64,000 bases of DNA from positions 1,344,001 to 1,408,000 of the forward strand of contig OZ244742.1 in assembly GCA_965219415.1 (NCBI GenBank), given 5' to 3'. The notes under the pieces are model-generated. The model made no database searches. It had not been told where the DNA came from and saw only the letters and a list, made by a program, of their open reading frames with translations. Both the position numbers and the translations under genes were made by a program. Positions 11,188 through 21,709 of this stretch are shown in pieces; position 1 is the first letter of the stretch; every line of letters starts with the position of its first letter. Source of the stretch: Candidatus Marinacidobacterales bacterium (GTDB lineage Bacteria > Acidobacteriota > Vicinamibacteria > Marinacidobacterales > DATDRI01).

Positions 11188-12222
11188 ATGTCCGACGAAC
11201 CAGCGACCGACCCGAAAAACGACGAGATCCTGCTCCTCGCGACCGAGAGTCAGGCCTACGCTTTCGATCTTTCAGAGACCTTCCGCATTGCGATTGGTCG
11301 GCACGAATCCAACGACATTCAGCTGCACTCTCGCAACGTCTCGAATCACCATGCGGAGCTATTGAGCGAGGCGGACGGTGTCCATTTACATGACCTCCGC
11401 AGCACCAACGAAACGCATCTGAACAACGAGAAAGTCCGCGAGCGAGTCATTGCGAGCGGCGACAACATCCGGATCGGCAGCCACGTGATGACCGTGCACC
11501 TCAAGCCGCGCAAAGTGGCGCGGGAAGGAGCGTCCCGGCTCTATAGCAAAGGAGCCTTCGGGATCGGCACTTCCGACAGCTTGGTTCCCGCGCGCGATAC
11601 TTCCGAACAGCCCCGAAAAACGCACCCCTCGGGGAGCCCAACCGACCTTCCGCTCGCCGATCTTCTCAAGATCTTGACGACGCTCGAACGGCTCACTCTG
11701 CTGGTCGTTCGAAATGGGGCCGCGGATGAGGCAAAGATCGTCGTAGGCAAGGGCGGACTCCTCCACGCCGAGTGCGCTACCGCCAAAGGAGAGAAGGCGC
11801 TTTATCGCGTTTTCCGGTGGGATCACGCCACTTACCATTTACAAGAAGTCCCCCCCGGCTCGGACTCGATGCGCACGATAGCTCTACCCACGGATACGCT
11901 CATCTCAGAGGGTGTCCAACAGGCCGACGGAGTGGACAATCTACTCGCCCAACTGCCAGAAGCACGCGCCGCGCTCACGCTGAAAGAGGACTGTCCGCTG
12001 CCGCTCGCGGCCCTCTCCCCCGCGGAGATCGGCGTCTATCGAAGCCTGATCCGCTACGAAACGATCGAAAAGGTCCTCGAAGCCTCCCAGCTTCCCGACT
12101 ACAAAATCCTTGGCCTGCTCCAGGGGCTAATGCGGAAAGGCGTCTTCGAAAACGCCGAAGCCGTGGACGGATTGCTGGAAGGAACCAGCGTTTCCCTACC
12201 AAAAACGACCGGATCCTCCTAA
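11188..12222 (+). CDS. FHA domain plus DUF4388-like protein
   Basis: IGRHESNDI, VSNHHA, DLRSTN (FHA); LADLLKIL...GEKALYRVFRW (DUF4388-like). Confidence 0.8.
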   Translation: MSDEPATDPKNDEILLLATESQAYAFDLSETFRIAIGRHESNDIQLHSRNVSNHHAELLSEADGVHLHDLRSTNETHLNNEKVRERVIASGDNIRIGSHVMTVHLKPRKVAREGASRLYSKGAFGIGTSDSLVPARDTSEQPRKTHPSGSPTDLPLADLLKILTTLERLTLLVVRNGAADEAKIVVGKGGLLHAECATAKGEKALYRVFRWDHATYHLQEVPPGSDSMRTIALPTDTLISEGVQQADGVDNLLAQLPEARAALTLKEDCPLPLAALSPAEIGVYRSLIRYETIEKVLEASQLPDYKILGLLQGLMRKGVFENAEAVDGLLEGTSVSLPKTTGSS

Positions 12223-12357
12223 CCCCGGCCTTCCGCAACTACCTTGGGGGAATGCTCCTTCCCCGAAAATATTGACCCGACAAAGTTGCGTTGCGTTTCG
12301 CCTGGAGTGGTCCCATTTGGCCGCTCATCACAACAGTCATATGCTTTAGGGCCAAGT

Positions 12358-13083
12358 ATGATGACAAGAACCGACATCCTCCCGTACTACATGCTCCTCG
12401 TCTCAGTTCTCCTCGCCGGATGCGGCGGCGACTCAACCCCCAGCCCCACGACGCCTGAGACTCCCGGCCAGGTCACACTTGCTCACGTCATCGAGGCGAT
12501 GTTCCTGGGCCGGGGTCCGGCGTCATCGGCAAACACCTCGTGCCCGGTGCGAGGGGCTTGGGCCTCTTTCGCGCGGGGAGCCATCGTTCGAGTCATCGTC
12601 GGATCGAGTGTCACGCAACCGCAAAGGAGAGCGATGGAGAGGGAGCTGCGAGCCTTCGAGCTCGCCAGCGGTGGCATCCTCAGGATCGTTGCCGAGGGTA
12701 GCGGCGACCCGAACCCCTTCCCCAACCCTTTCGAGGTCACCTCCGCTACGTTGACGGACGAGGAAGTGGTGGCCCTATGCGGCGCGGGTGCGGGCGGCTG
12801 TCTCGTTGCCGTCCAGGCGAGCGGTCACAAGCTGATCAGCGGGAGGACCGTTCAGAAGAATCAGTTCGCAGGAACGGTGCACGTCCACGAGTTGGGGCAC
12901 GCACTCGGCCTCTGCCACATCAACGGAGCAAGTCTGCCCAATGCGGTCATGGCCAACCCACAGCAAGGCTCTTCCGACAGCTTTGTCGCCATGGAGCTTC
13001 AGGCGATCGAGGCCGTCTACGCCTCCGGCCTGGAGCCCGGGGCGACAGGGGTCGAGTTTCAACGGGCCGGGCTCATCGAGTAG
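12358..13083 (+). CDS. Matrixin-like zinc metalloprotease lipoprotein
   Basis: Lipobox LLAGC; HELGHALGLCH followed by a Met-turn (AVM). Confidence 0.8.
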   Translation: MMTRTDILPYYMLLVSVLLAGCGGDSTPSPTTPETPGQVTLAHVIEAMFLGRGPASSANTSCPVRGAWASFARGAIVRVIVGSSVTQPQRRAMERELRAFELASGGILRIVAEGSGDPNPFPNPFEVTSATLTDEEVVALCGAGAGGCLVAVQASGHKLISGRTVQKNQFAGTVHVHELGHALGLCHINGASLPNAVMANPQQGSSDSFVAMELQAIEAVYASGLEPGATGVEFQRAGLIE

Positions 13084-13172
13084 AGGCAGCGTCGACAACG
13101 TGGCCTCCCGGCCTGCCAACCGTCGGCTACCAAGGTCCTTAGCATCGTCCTGGAGCTGGTGGCCCCGGCCTT

Positions 13173-13461
13173 TTACGTAAGGAACTCTTGGAGCGGTTCC
13201 CAGTACATCTTAGGCCAACCCGCTTCGAGATGCCCCTTCTCGCCCTGGGGAAAGCCGGACTGGTCGAAGACCAGCCGTGTCCCCTTGCCGTCCTCCCGGA
13301 GCTCGAATCGAACCACCGAATAGACTCCATCTTCCCAGTCCGCCGCCCGCCAGGCTTGAACGATGCGGCGGTCGGGAACGAGCTCCACCTGTCGCCCCAC
13401 GATCCTGTCTCCGAAGCAAGAGAAGGGTCCACCTTCGTCTCGACTGATTTCGGCCGGTGCG
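13173..13461 (-). pseudogene. 5'-truncated SRPBCC/Aha1-domain gene
   Basis: APAEISRDEGGPFSCFG...RIVQAWR...GWPKMYWEPL; the N-terminus is replaced by an FG-GAP fragment. Confidence 0.75.
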
Positions 13462-13624
13462 CCGCCGGTGCCGGTCCAGCGAAGGCTGCCGTCGTTGTTC
13501 AACACTTGCCGGCCCAGGATGATCTCGGGCGCGCCGTCCCCGTCTAGGTCGGCGAGGGCGGGGCCACCGTCTCCGGTACCCTCCACGTTGGAGCTCAACC
13601 ACTTGACGGTTCCGTCATGCTCGA
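13462..13624 (-). repeat. Adhesin FG-GAP fragment, near copy of 29850-30012
   Basis: 163 bp with about 7 mismatches by manual comparison, mostly synonymous. Confidence 0.9.
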
Positions 13625-13656
13625 CGCAACGGTCGGGCACGCGGTAAAATACATGC

Positions 13657-13878
13657 ATGCGACTTGTAACGGGCAAGGTGGTCGAAGGCAAGGTCGTCGT
13701 CGAGGGTGATCCTCTTAAGGAAGGGTCCACCGTCACCGTTCTCGCTCCGGAGGACGACAGGAGTTTTGAGCTCACACCGGAGCAGGAGGAGCTCCTCCTC
13801 CAAGCCATCCAAGAAGCCGAGCAAGGAGACTTCATCGATGGTGAACGGTTCCTTAAGGAACTCGACGAGCGAGGGTGA
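13657..13878 (+). CDS. Putative antitoxin (module 1)
   Basis: Small acidic protein (LTPEQEELLLQAIQEAEQGDFIDGERFL) whose stop overlaps a RelE/ParE gene. Confidence 0.75.
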   Translation: MRLVTGKVVEGKVVVEGDPLKEGSTVTVLAPEDDRSFELTPEQEELLLQAIQEAEQGDFIDGERFLKELDERG

Positions 13879-14186
13879 CGGCGTCACGACGCGTCAGAGT
13901 CCTTCGAAGAGCATCCCGCGAGATCCGTGAGGCCTCCGCGTGGTGGGCTACGAACCGGCCCGCAGCCCTCAACGCCTTCAACGAAGAGTTCCGACGAGCC
14001 TTTCTGTCTCTCTCCAAGCAACCTCTAGTCGGGCCGCTTGTCGCCGACGCCAGGTTCCCCGGCGTCCGACGCATTTACCTTAGTCGCATTCGCTATCACC
14101 TCTACTACCGTGTGAGCGCCGACGGACATGCTGTAGAGATTCTTGCTCTTTGGCACGGCCATCGCGGATCGGAACCCAGACTGTAA
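13875..14186 (+). CDS. RelE/ParE family toxin (module 1)
   Basis: RASREIREASAWW...GVRRIYL..IRYHLYYRV...VEILALWHGHR. Confidence 0.85.
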   Translation: MTASRRVRVLRRASREIREASAWWATNRPAALNAFNEEFRRAFLSLSKQPLVGPLVADARFPGVRRIYLSRIRYHLYYRVSADGHAVEILALWHGHRGSEPRL

Positions 14187-14622
14187 CAGGTTTTTTTTCG
14201 GGACACCCTATGGGTCAGCATTGTTGGCACGGGCTCGCCGTGTTAACCGCTGAAGGAACGAGGCGCTCCAAGTTTGGCTCTTCCTTCGCTTGCGCTTCTG
14301 TTTCGAACGCTCTGCGGACTCTCGATCTAAACCAGCCTTCTCAAAACCGGTTTTTCGTGCCGCAAGCCATGGGCTTCACCGTACAACGGGCTTGCCCGTT
14401 CGGGGTTCCGCCTCGTCCGTAGCCCTCATCCCCAGCGTGGCCCGGAATTCGTCACTTTGAATATCAGCTAACGCTCCCGCCCGGTCCCCCGCAAAGTGCG
14501 CACGCCCTTCGAGAAACTGAGGACGGCAGGTCCTTCGTCTTTCGTCGCACGGGACCTCCACCCAGCATGTGTTATCCTGATCTCAGTCCCACTCCCCGAC
14601 ATCATTAAAGGAAAGGTCCACC

Positions 14623-17154
14623 ATGAAGGGGAGCTCTGACGCCGAACGCCTTCTCGTCGCGCTGGCGAATCACCCCGATCTCGACCCCGATGCCCTGCGC
14701 GCCCTGCTCAAAGCCACTAGACTTCTCGGCCTTGCTTGTGGAGCCCAGCTCGCCCAGTACAGAAACTCCGAGGAACCCCTTCAAGTCGCTTTTGCCGATG
14801 TGCGAAGGCTCGCTCTATTGGCGCGGTGTTACGAAGCGGTCTCCCGAATCCTGTCCGAGCGCTGGCAAAAGATTCCCGAAAGACGTCGGCCTCATTACAC
14901 CCCACACCTGCGATTCCAGATCCTCGAGCTCAAGTCTCTCCTTGGCCTTTCCCAGAAGGAAACCGCCCAGCTCTTTGCGATCTCGAGAAACACCGTGGCC
15001 CGCTGGGAGCAGGAAGTCGCGGCGAACCCAGAACAAAAAACCGTGGGCTCGCTCGTTAAGCCGGATCCTCCTGTCCGGCGCTACGCCGATGTCGTCCGCC
15101 ATCTCATCCACACCATACGCCTCAACGGTTTCGGTGTGGGCTTGATCCGGTTTCGTAGACGGTTTAGTTAAGCTGGCGAAGTCCTCATCCGTCGTTCAAA
15201 CTCGGCCGGACTGACCTGGCCGAGGGTCGAGTGTCGTCGTCTCTGGTTGTAGAATACCTCGATGAAGTCGAAGAGGGCCATCTTGGCCTCGCCGCAACTG
15301 AGGAAATGCTCCCCAAGCTCGTGCTTGACCGTGGAGAACCAGCTCTCGATGACGGCGTTGTCGTAGCAGTTGCCCCGTCGGCTCATGCTCCCGGTCATGC
15401 CATGCGTCTCAAGGAGACGTTGGTAGTCTTTGCTGGCATACGGACTGCCCTGATCGGAGTGATGCAAGAGCCCCGCGGCCGGTTGGCGACGTTTCAGTGC
15501 CATCCGCAACGCTTTGATAACCAGGTGACGGTCGTTAATAGCACTTACGGCCCACCCAACGAGGAATCGCGAGTAGAGGTCGAGGAGCGCCGCGAGATAA
15601 AGCTTCCCGCCGCTGCCGATCACGAACTCGGTCGTGTCCCCGACCCACCGTTGGTTCGGCGCATCGGCGACGAAGTCTTGCCCGAGCACATTGGCCGCGA
15701 CGGGCTGGCCATGACCGCTTACCGTCGTGCGCTTGAAGCGTTTGCGTACTCGAGCAATGAGGCCTTCTGCCTGTTTCAACCGAATCACCCGCTTCCGACT
15801 CACTCGATACCCCTGCTCGTGCAGGTCGTGATAAATCCGCGGACTCCCATAGGTGCGGCGACTCGCCTCATGGGAGGCACGAATCAACACGCGCAACTGG
15901 CGGTCCCGGCGCGCGTGGGCCGACGGCGGCCGACGTACCCAGGCATAAAAGCCACTCCGAGAGACGTTGAGAATCTGACACAGGTGAACGACCGGTACGG
16001 TGGCCTTCTCCGCCTGGATGAACGCGAATCTTACTCGCTCTCCTTCGCGAAGAAGGCCGCGGCTTTTTTTAAAACGTCGCGCTCCACCCGCAACCGCCGA
16101 TTCTCTTTGCGGAGCCGCCGAAGCTCCTCGCGTTCCACGCCCGTCAAGCCCGTCCGGCCCTTCGTCCGATCGGCCCGGGCCTGACGGACCCAGTTGCGAA
16201 ACGCCGATTCGGTGAGGTCAAGCTCCCGGGCCACCCGACCCACGCTCTGGCCCTCATCAAGCACCAGCCGGACCGCGCCTGCCTTAAACTCGTCATCAAA
16301 CTCCCGGCGGGGTCGCCGGGGCTACGTTGTCTTTGCCATTGTGGACATCGTATCCGCCTTTCAGAAAGTGTCCACGAAACTGGATCAAGCCCAGTGGCTG
16401 CAAGCAGATCGCGCAAACGCTCGCCAGGGCCGGCTGGAAGCTCCACCGACGCACCGTCGGGAGAATACTGAAAGAAAAGCCTCCAAAGGCTCCGGTTGCT
16501 GTGAGAACAGCAGGGCCCGCCCGAACTCCCCGCGCTCGCCATCCCCATCACATCTGGATGGCCGACATCACCACCATCCCCAGCCTTTTTCGATTATTCT
16601 CCTTCAAGTTTGTGGTCGTCCTCGATGTCTTCTCGCGTATGCCGCTCGCCGCCAAGCTCTTCTGGAAAGAACCCTCCGCCCACCAAATGTGCCGGCTGAT
16701 TCAACGGGCCGCCCTTCGTTTCGGCCCGCCCCGACACTTCGTCTCCGACAAGGGATCCCAGTTCACCGCCAAGCGTTTTCGGAAAACCCTTCGCCGGTTT
16801 CGCATCCAGCACCGATTTGGAGCCATCGGTCAGTGCGGCTCCATCGCAATCATCGAGAGACTTTGGAGAACTCTCAAAGACGCCTTGAGCCTTCGCTCGT
16901 TCAAACCCTTGATGAGAGTGGATCTCGAGCGCAGGCTAGAAAAAGGGCTCTACTACTACACTTACCTTCGACCGCACCAGGGTTTGGCGAGTGCGACACC
17001 GGCTGAAGTTTACTTCCGTCGAGAACCGGCCCATCTAGCCGCTGTCCATCCTCCTCGAGCACGACCTCGAGAAGGACCCGTCGTTTCTCCTTTTGAGATC
17101 GACTATCTCGACCCGGACAAGATGCTTCCGGTTCTGATTCGCAAAGCAGCCTAG
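14623..17154 (+). pseudogene. rve/DDE integrase-transposase (IS481-like), copy 1, interrupted by IS3
   Basis: HTH (LSQKETAQLFAISRNTVARW), WMADIT, SDKGSQF, IERLWRTLK, RPHQGL. Removing the IS3 restores GFGGC as in copies 2 and 3. Confidence 0.88.
15137..16393 (-). mobile_element. IS3-family insertion sequence
   Basis: TGGGCTTGATCC...GGATCAAGCCCA inverted ends and a 3-bp GTG target duplication. OrfA 16031-16339 has an in-frame TAG at 16322-16324. OrfB ends at 15168 (WVGDTT, HSDQGS, CYDNA). A7G slippery site at 16063-16070. Confidence 0.93.
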
Positions 17155-17289
17155 CTGCTTCGCTCAACCTCAGGGAATCGACGGTCGTCGTGTGTCTGAT
17201 CCCTTACGTGCGGCGTTGACAGCGCCCGAAACAAAGGACCTAGGGATCTTAGAAGGCGGGTTGAGCCTGAAAAACGATTGGATCCGCGG

Positions 17290-17314
17290 CTCCAACTCCC
17301 ATTGCACCCGTACA
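17290..17314 (+). repeat. Conserved integrase-element terminal motif, copy 1
   Basis: CTCCAACTCCCATTGCACCCGTACA; recurs at 20451, 20479 and 23481. Confidence 0.85.
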
Positions 17315-17396
17315 CGTACACACACCCATCGATCAAGACGTTTTGCCGGTAGTTGTTGAAGATCTCCCAGTTGTTGGGCTCCCGCCGCGGAATCGT
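17315..17396 (-). repeat. Adhesin fragment homologous to 29029-29110
   Basis: TIPRREPNNWEIFNNYRQNVLIDGCVY vs TIPARESNNWELFNNYRQNVLIDGCVY. Confidence 0.88.
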
Positions 17397-17525
17397 GAAG
17401 GGGGCACCCAACGTTCGGAGAACTATTTCAAGCCCTCTCGAACTCGAGACTGGGTTAGCGCACTACTGCGTGTACCGTTTGATACGCAATATTATGTATG
17501 TTACTCTATCTTTAAGGAGGGTGTT

Positions 17526-18242
17526 ATGAACCTGGTCATCTACAGCCAACCTAGCCTTAGGTCCACAGCAGAGGCGTTGATTCATCGACTTGGAGTTGAG
17601 GCGGAGTCACAGGTGAGTAGCTTTCCCGTCGCGTTGCGAGCGTTGCCCCCACGGGCTCACTGCGTGCTCGTGCTTTCCGGGAGCGAACCAACCGAGCTTA
17701 TACAAAACAGCCTGGCAAGGCTGGCACGTGGAAGGCGTTGGTCTGGCAAGCTTGTTCTGTATTCCGAGATGCCTAATTTGGAATCGGTTGTTGAGTGGGG
17801 GCGCTTGCTAGAAAGGCATCTGCCGAGACGGTCCTATGTGTGCTTCATGGATAACAAGGTGGCCGACGTACTGAAACTCCGTCCTATTCACACAGGACAG
17901 GGACCCGACACCAGCAGCATTCAAGCGGGGGAGACTTCGACTTTGCGTGGTGACCTTGGCCTGACACAGGAGCAGTTGGCCGCAGCTATCGGCGTTAGTC
18001 CCAGGACAGTTCAAAACTGGGAGTTCGGCAAGGACTCTCCACAGATCGAGCGGCGACTCCGCGATCTATTGGAGTTGAGGCAAGTACTCAAGGAGTATCT
18101 GCCACCTGAGCAGATTCAGCGATGGTTAAGGTCTCTCAACGACGCCTTCGCAGGGGCATCTCCACGAGATTGGATCTTAGATGGCAGAACGCGGGACGTT
18201 CTCATTGAGTTTCGTCGTCTCCAAACAGGCGAACCCTGGTGA
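17526..18242 (+). CDS. Xre/MbcA/ParS-type antitoxin with XRE HTH and extra N-terminal domain (module 2)
   Basis: AAGGAGG RBS; LGLTQEQLAAAIGVSPRTVQNWE; C-terminal WLRSLNDAFAGASPRDWI. Confidence 0.82.
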   Translation: MNLVIYSQPSLRSTAEALIHRLGVEAESQVSSFPVALRALPPRAHCVLVLSGSEPTELIQNSLARLARGRRWSGKLVLYSEMPNLESVVEWGRLLERHLPRRSYVCFMDNKVADVLKLRPIHTGQGPDTSSIQAGETSTLRGDLGLTQEQLAAAIGVSPRTVQNWEFGKDSPQIERRLRDLLELRQVLKEYLPPEQIQRWLRSLNDAFAGASPRDWILDGRTRDVLIEFRRLQTGEPW

Positions 18243-18817
18243 AACTTCAAGGGCGATGGGAACCACTACTTGCCGAGTTGCGCAGCGAGGCTTCTCCTCT
18301 CGAACGCAACTTCTTTCGCTCAGTCGAAATGCGCCACGCGCACCCCGACGACGTCCTCAGCGGTGAGGGTACACGCCGGAATGGAGGGCGTTTCGTCCGT
18401 CCCGGGGTCCGCGCCGTCTATCTTGCCAGCGACGAGGAGACCGCGTTCTGCGAGGTCACGGCGCGAAAACATCGTCTCGCGGGACACAGCCAGATCCAGT
18501 TGACGGATTACCCGCGAGTCACCTACGTCGTCCAGGTCAGACTGAAACAACATATCGACCTCGCCGGTCGGCGCACAGAACCGGAGGTGGGCGAGCTTGT
18601 CAGTGCTTGCCTCGCCTCGGATATCCGTGTGTCCCAAGCGGTGGGGGAGGCCGTTTGTAATGCTGGAGTGCAAGGGATCGTTTACCCGTCCGCGGTCCCC
18701 GAATGCAAAGGGACGAATCTCGTCGCGTTCCAGGATATTCTTCCTCGGCCGGAGCTGAAGCTTGTGAACAGAGACCGCGTAATCGCGCTTTTCAAGGAGT
18801 GGTCTGAGCGCGGCTGA
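18239..18817 (+). CDS. RES-domain toxin (module 2)
   Basis: FFRS, GGRF, VYLA..EETAFCE, GIVYPSA and NLVAF. Confidence 0.88.
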   Translation: MKLQGRWEPLLAELRSEASPLERNFFRSVEMRHAHPDDVLSGEGTRRNGGRFVRPGVRAVYLASDEETAFCEVTARKHRLAGHSQIQLTDYPRVTYVVQVRLKQHIDLAGRRTEPEVGELVSACLASDIRVSQAVGEAVCNAGVQGIVYPSAVPECKGTNLVAFQDILPRPELKLVNRDRVIALFKEWSERG

Positions 18818-19040
18818 TCTCATTGAATGGCGGTCACGGCCCGTCTCAATCGCTCTCTCCAGCCTACCGCTTGCGATTTCAGGCACAGCCACAGCCCACG
18901 GCAAAGTGCGGCACGCCCTTCGATGGACTCAGAAACGGAGGCCCCTTCGTCTTTTTTCGTCGGACGGGACCTGCCTCGCCCACCCTGTGTTATCCTGATC
19001 TCAGGTCCACTCCCCCAACATTCTTAAAGGAAAGATCACC

Positions 19041-20313
19041 ATGAAGGGGCGTTCTTGTGCCGAAAAGCTCCTGGTCTCGCTGGCCACCCAGCCCGATCTC
19101 GACTCGGATGCCCTGCGCGCCCTGATCAAAGCCACTCGACTTCTCGGCCTTGCTTGTGGAACCCAGCTCGCCCAGTACAGAAACTCCGGTGAGCCCCTTC
19201 AAGCCGCCTTTGCCGACGTACGAAAGCTCGCTCTGGTGGCGCGGTACTACGAGGCCGTCTCCCGAATCCTGGCCGAGCGATGGCAGAAGGTCCCAGAGAG
19301 GAGGCGGCCTCATTACGCGCCACAGCTGCGATTCCAGATCCTCGAGCTCAAGTCGCTTCTCGGGCTTTCCCAGAAGGAAACGGCCAAGCTCTTTGCGATC
19401 TCGAGAAACACCGTGGCTCGCTGGGAGCAGGAAGGTGGCGACAAATCCCGGAAAAGAAACCGTGGGCTCACTCGTCCGTCCGCACCCTCCCGTCCGGCGC
19501 TATGCTGACGTCGTCCGCCAATTGGTCCACACCATGAGGTCTGCCGGTTTCGGTGGCTGCGAGAAGATCGCCCAGACCCTCGCTCGGGTAGGTTGGAAGC
19601 TCTCCAAACGCTCCGTCGGGAGAATGCTGAAAGAAAAGCCGCCCAAGACGTCGATCCCATAAAGAACGCTAGGTTCAGCCCGAGCTCTCCGCGCTCGCCG
19701 TCCCGATCACTTCTGGATGGCCGACATCACAACGATCCCGAGCCTCTTTCGATTGTTCTCCTTCAAGCTCGTGGTCGTCCTCGATGGCTTCTCACGCATG
19801 CCGCTCATCGCTAAGCTTTTCTGGAAAGAACCGTCCGCCGGAGATATGAGCCGTCTGCTCCGAACCGCGGTGCAGCGGTTCGGCTCTCCCCAACGCTTCG
19901 TCTCGGACAATGGAAGGCAGTTCACGGCAAAACGTTTTCGAACAACGCTGCTCCGGTTGGGCATCCGACAGCGCTTCGGTGCCATCGGTCAGGTCGGCTC
20001 TATCGCGCTCATCGAAAGACTTTGGAGAACTCTCAAAGACAGCTTGCGCCTGCGTTCGTTCAAGCCCTTGATGAGAACAGACCTCGAACACAGGCTTGAG
20101 CAATGGCTCCATTACTACACCTACCTTCGACCGCACCAGGGTTTGGGCGGTGCCACCCCGGCTGAAATCCACTTCGGTCGACCACCCGCCCATCTAGCCG
20201 CCGTCCATCCTCCTGGGGCACGACCTCGCGAAGGTCCCGTCGACTCTCCTTTTGACATCGCCTATCTCGACCCGGAAAAGATGCTCCCGGTTCTGATTCC
20301 CAAAGTCGCCTAG
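19041..20313 (+). pseudogene. rve/DDE integrase-transposase, copy 2 (frameshifts near 19432 and 19660)
   Basis: Same motifs as copy 1 over three ORFs. Confidence 0.88.
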
Positions 20314-20450
20314 CTTCACTGCCGAGCATCGACGATCCCACGGTCGTCGTCTGCCCTGAACCTCACCCACCGCGCCGACCTCTCTCGAAAGGGCGGATCC
20401 GGACTGCATTCAACCGCTGTTCGGATCGAAGAAACGAGTCACATCTCCCG

Positions 20451-20503
20451 CGCCAACTCCCATTGCGCCCCTACACCGCTCCAACTCCCATTGCACCCCT
20501 ACA
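20451..20503 (+). repeat. Terminal motif in tandem duplicate (20451-20475, 20479-20503)
   Basis: CCAACTCCCATTGC(G/A)CCCCTACA twice. Confidence 0.88.
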
Positions 20504-20833
20504 TGATGTATCGTTCGCGCTGAGATCGCGCCCCTCGACAGTAAAAAGCTCGCTGCCGTCGAGACCACTGACAATCCGAATGGCTCCGAGCGCGCTATTA
20601 CTACGCGAGGTGAAGGCCACCTCGGGGAACCCATCCACATCGAGGTCCACCACGATGGGAGTCGATATCACGTTCACCTTAGTGGGCTGTACGGGAGAGC
20701 TGTTCCAGGACCAGTTCTCCACCGGGGTCAGCGGAGCCGGCATGGGTGGGAGGAAGCTGCAGGCGGGTTCCGTGTTGCCGACATTGTTGTCCTCACGCGA
20801 CTCGAGGACGGCGTTGGCACTATCCACGAAGAC
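20504..20833 (-). pseudogene. Diverged adhesin CARDB/FG-GAP fragment
   Basis: FVDSANAVLESREDNN...WSW...DLDVDGFPEVAFT...VSGLDGSELFTV aligns with the giant gene at about 30130-30426. Confidence 0.85.
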
Positions 20834-21229
20834 GTTTCTTCACAGCGTGTCTCCCTTGGAATTACGTGCCTCGTATGCCAGGTAGGGTCGGATGAACGTG
20901 AGATGTCTGTTGCTGTTCACGTCTTCAGCTCCACCCTGGAGGCGGTTAACGCCGGCCTCGGTGATGTGATCGACGCCTTCCGCCGAGGTAGCGGGCGTCC
21001 TTCAGTTCTTCGGGAATCCCATCCACGGTCTCCCACACAGGTGGTCTTCTGTCGGGAGCGACGGTCTCACTCACCGGCCGCCACCTTCGACTCCCACAGC
21101 CTCGAGCTCGCCGGAAGCATCTGCTATAATTGATTATGGCCGTACCAGCGCACGATCCTTTTCGCGCCCGTCCCGAGAAGGTTGTCCACGGTGTCATCGA
21201 AGGTGCCGTTGGCGTTCCGATCTTCGAAG

Positions 21230-21415
21230 ATGGCCACGTCAAAAACCGACGTCTTGCAGCTACTCCGCGATATGCCCGACGAAATCGATGCGGACGATTT
21301 GATTTACAAGCTCTATCTCAAACAGAAGTTGCACTCAGCAGAAAAAGCAGCGGCGGATGGTGACACCGCCACTCATGACGAGGTTGTCAAACTGAGCGAC
21401 GAGTGGCTCAAGTAG
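21230..21415 (+). CDS. Putative antitoxin (module 3)
   Basis: MATSKTDVLQLLRDMPDEIDADDLIYKLYLKQKL...HDEVVKLSDEWLK overlapping a RelE gene; extended -10 TGCTATAAT at 21122-21130. Confidence 0.78.
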   Translation: MATSKTDVLQLLRDMPDEIDADDLIYKLYLKQKLHSAEKAAADGDTATHDEVVKLSDEWLK

Positions 21416-21709
21416 CTTGGACAGGGCCGGCCATCGAGGATCTCCGCCAAATCCACGAGTTCATCGCCCGTGATTCCAAGCGTTATGCTGGTGTTACTGT
21501 AAGGAAGATTAGGAGTGCCGCTGCACGCCTCCGAGATTTCCCAGAAAGTGGCGGTGTTGTCCACGAGCTCGCCGAGAGCCAGTACCGAATGGTGCTAAGT
21601 AGGCAACTACCGGGTCGTTTACCGCTATGTCCCGGGCAAGAAGCTCGTCTTGATACTGGCAGTCATTCACGGCAGTCGGCTTCTGCCTCCCGTCATCGAA
21701 AAGAGATAG
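21403..21709 (+). CDS. RelE/ParE family toxin (module 3; frameshift near 21598)
   Basis: VAWTGPAIEDLRQIHEFIARDS...FPESG; the shifted frame gives GNYRVVYRY...LILAVIHGSR. Confidence 0.82.

Noticed and set aside
13462-13624. DGR template repeat for 29850-30012
   Set aside because: Mismatches are not adenine-specific, are mostly synonymous, and no reverse transcriptase is in the window.
14182-14215. TGTAACAGG... as the left end of integrase element 1
   Set aside because: It shares only TGTA with the right end and has no counterpart in units 2 and 3.
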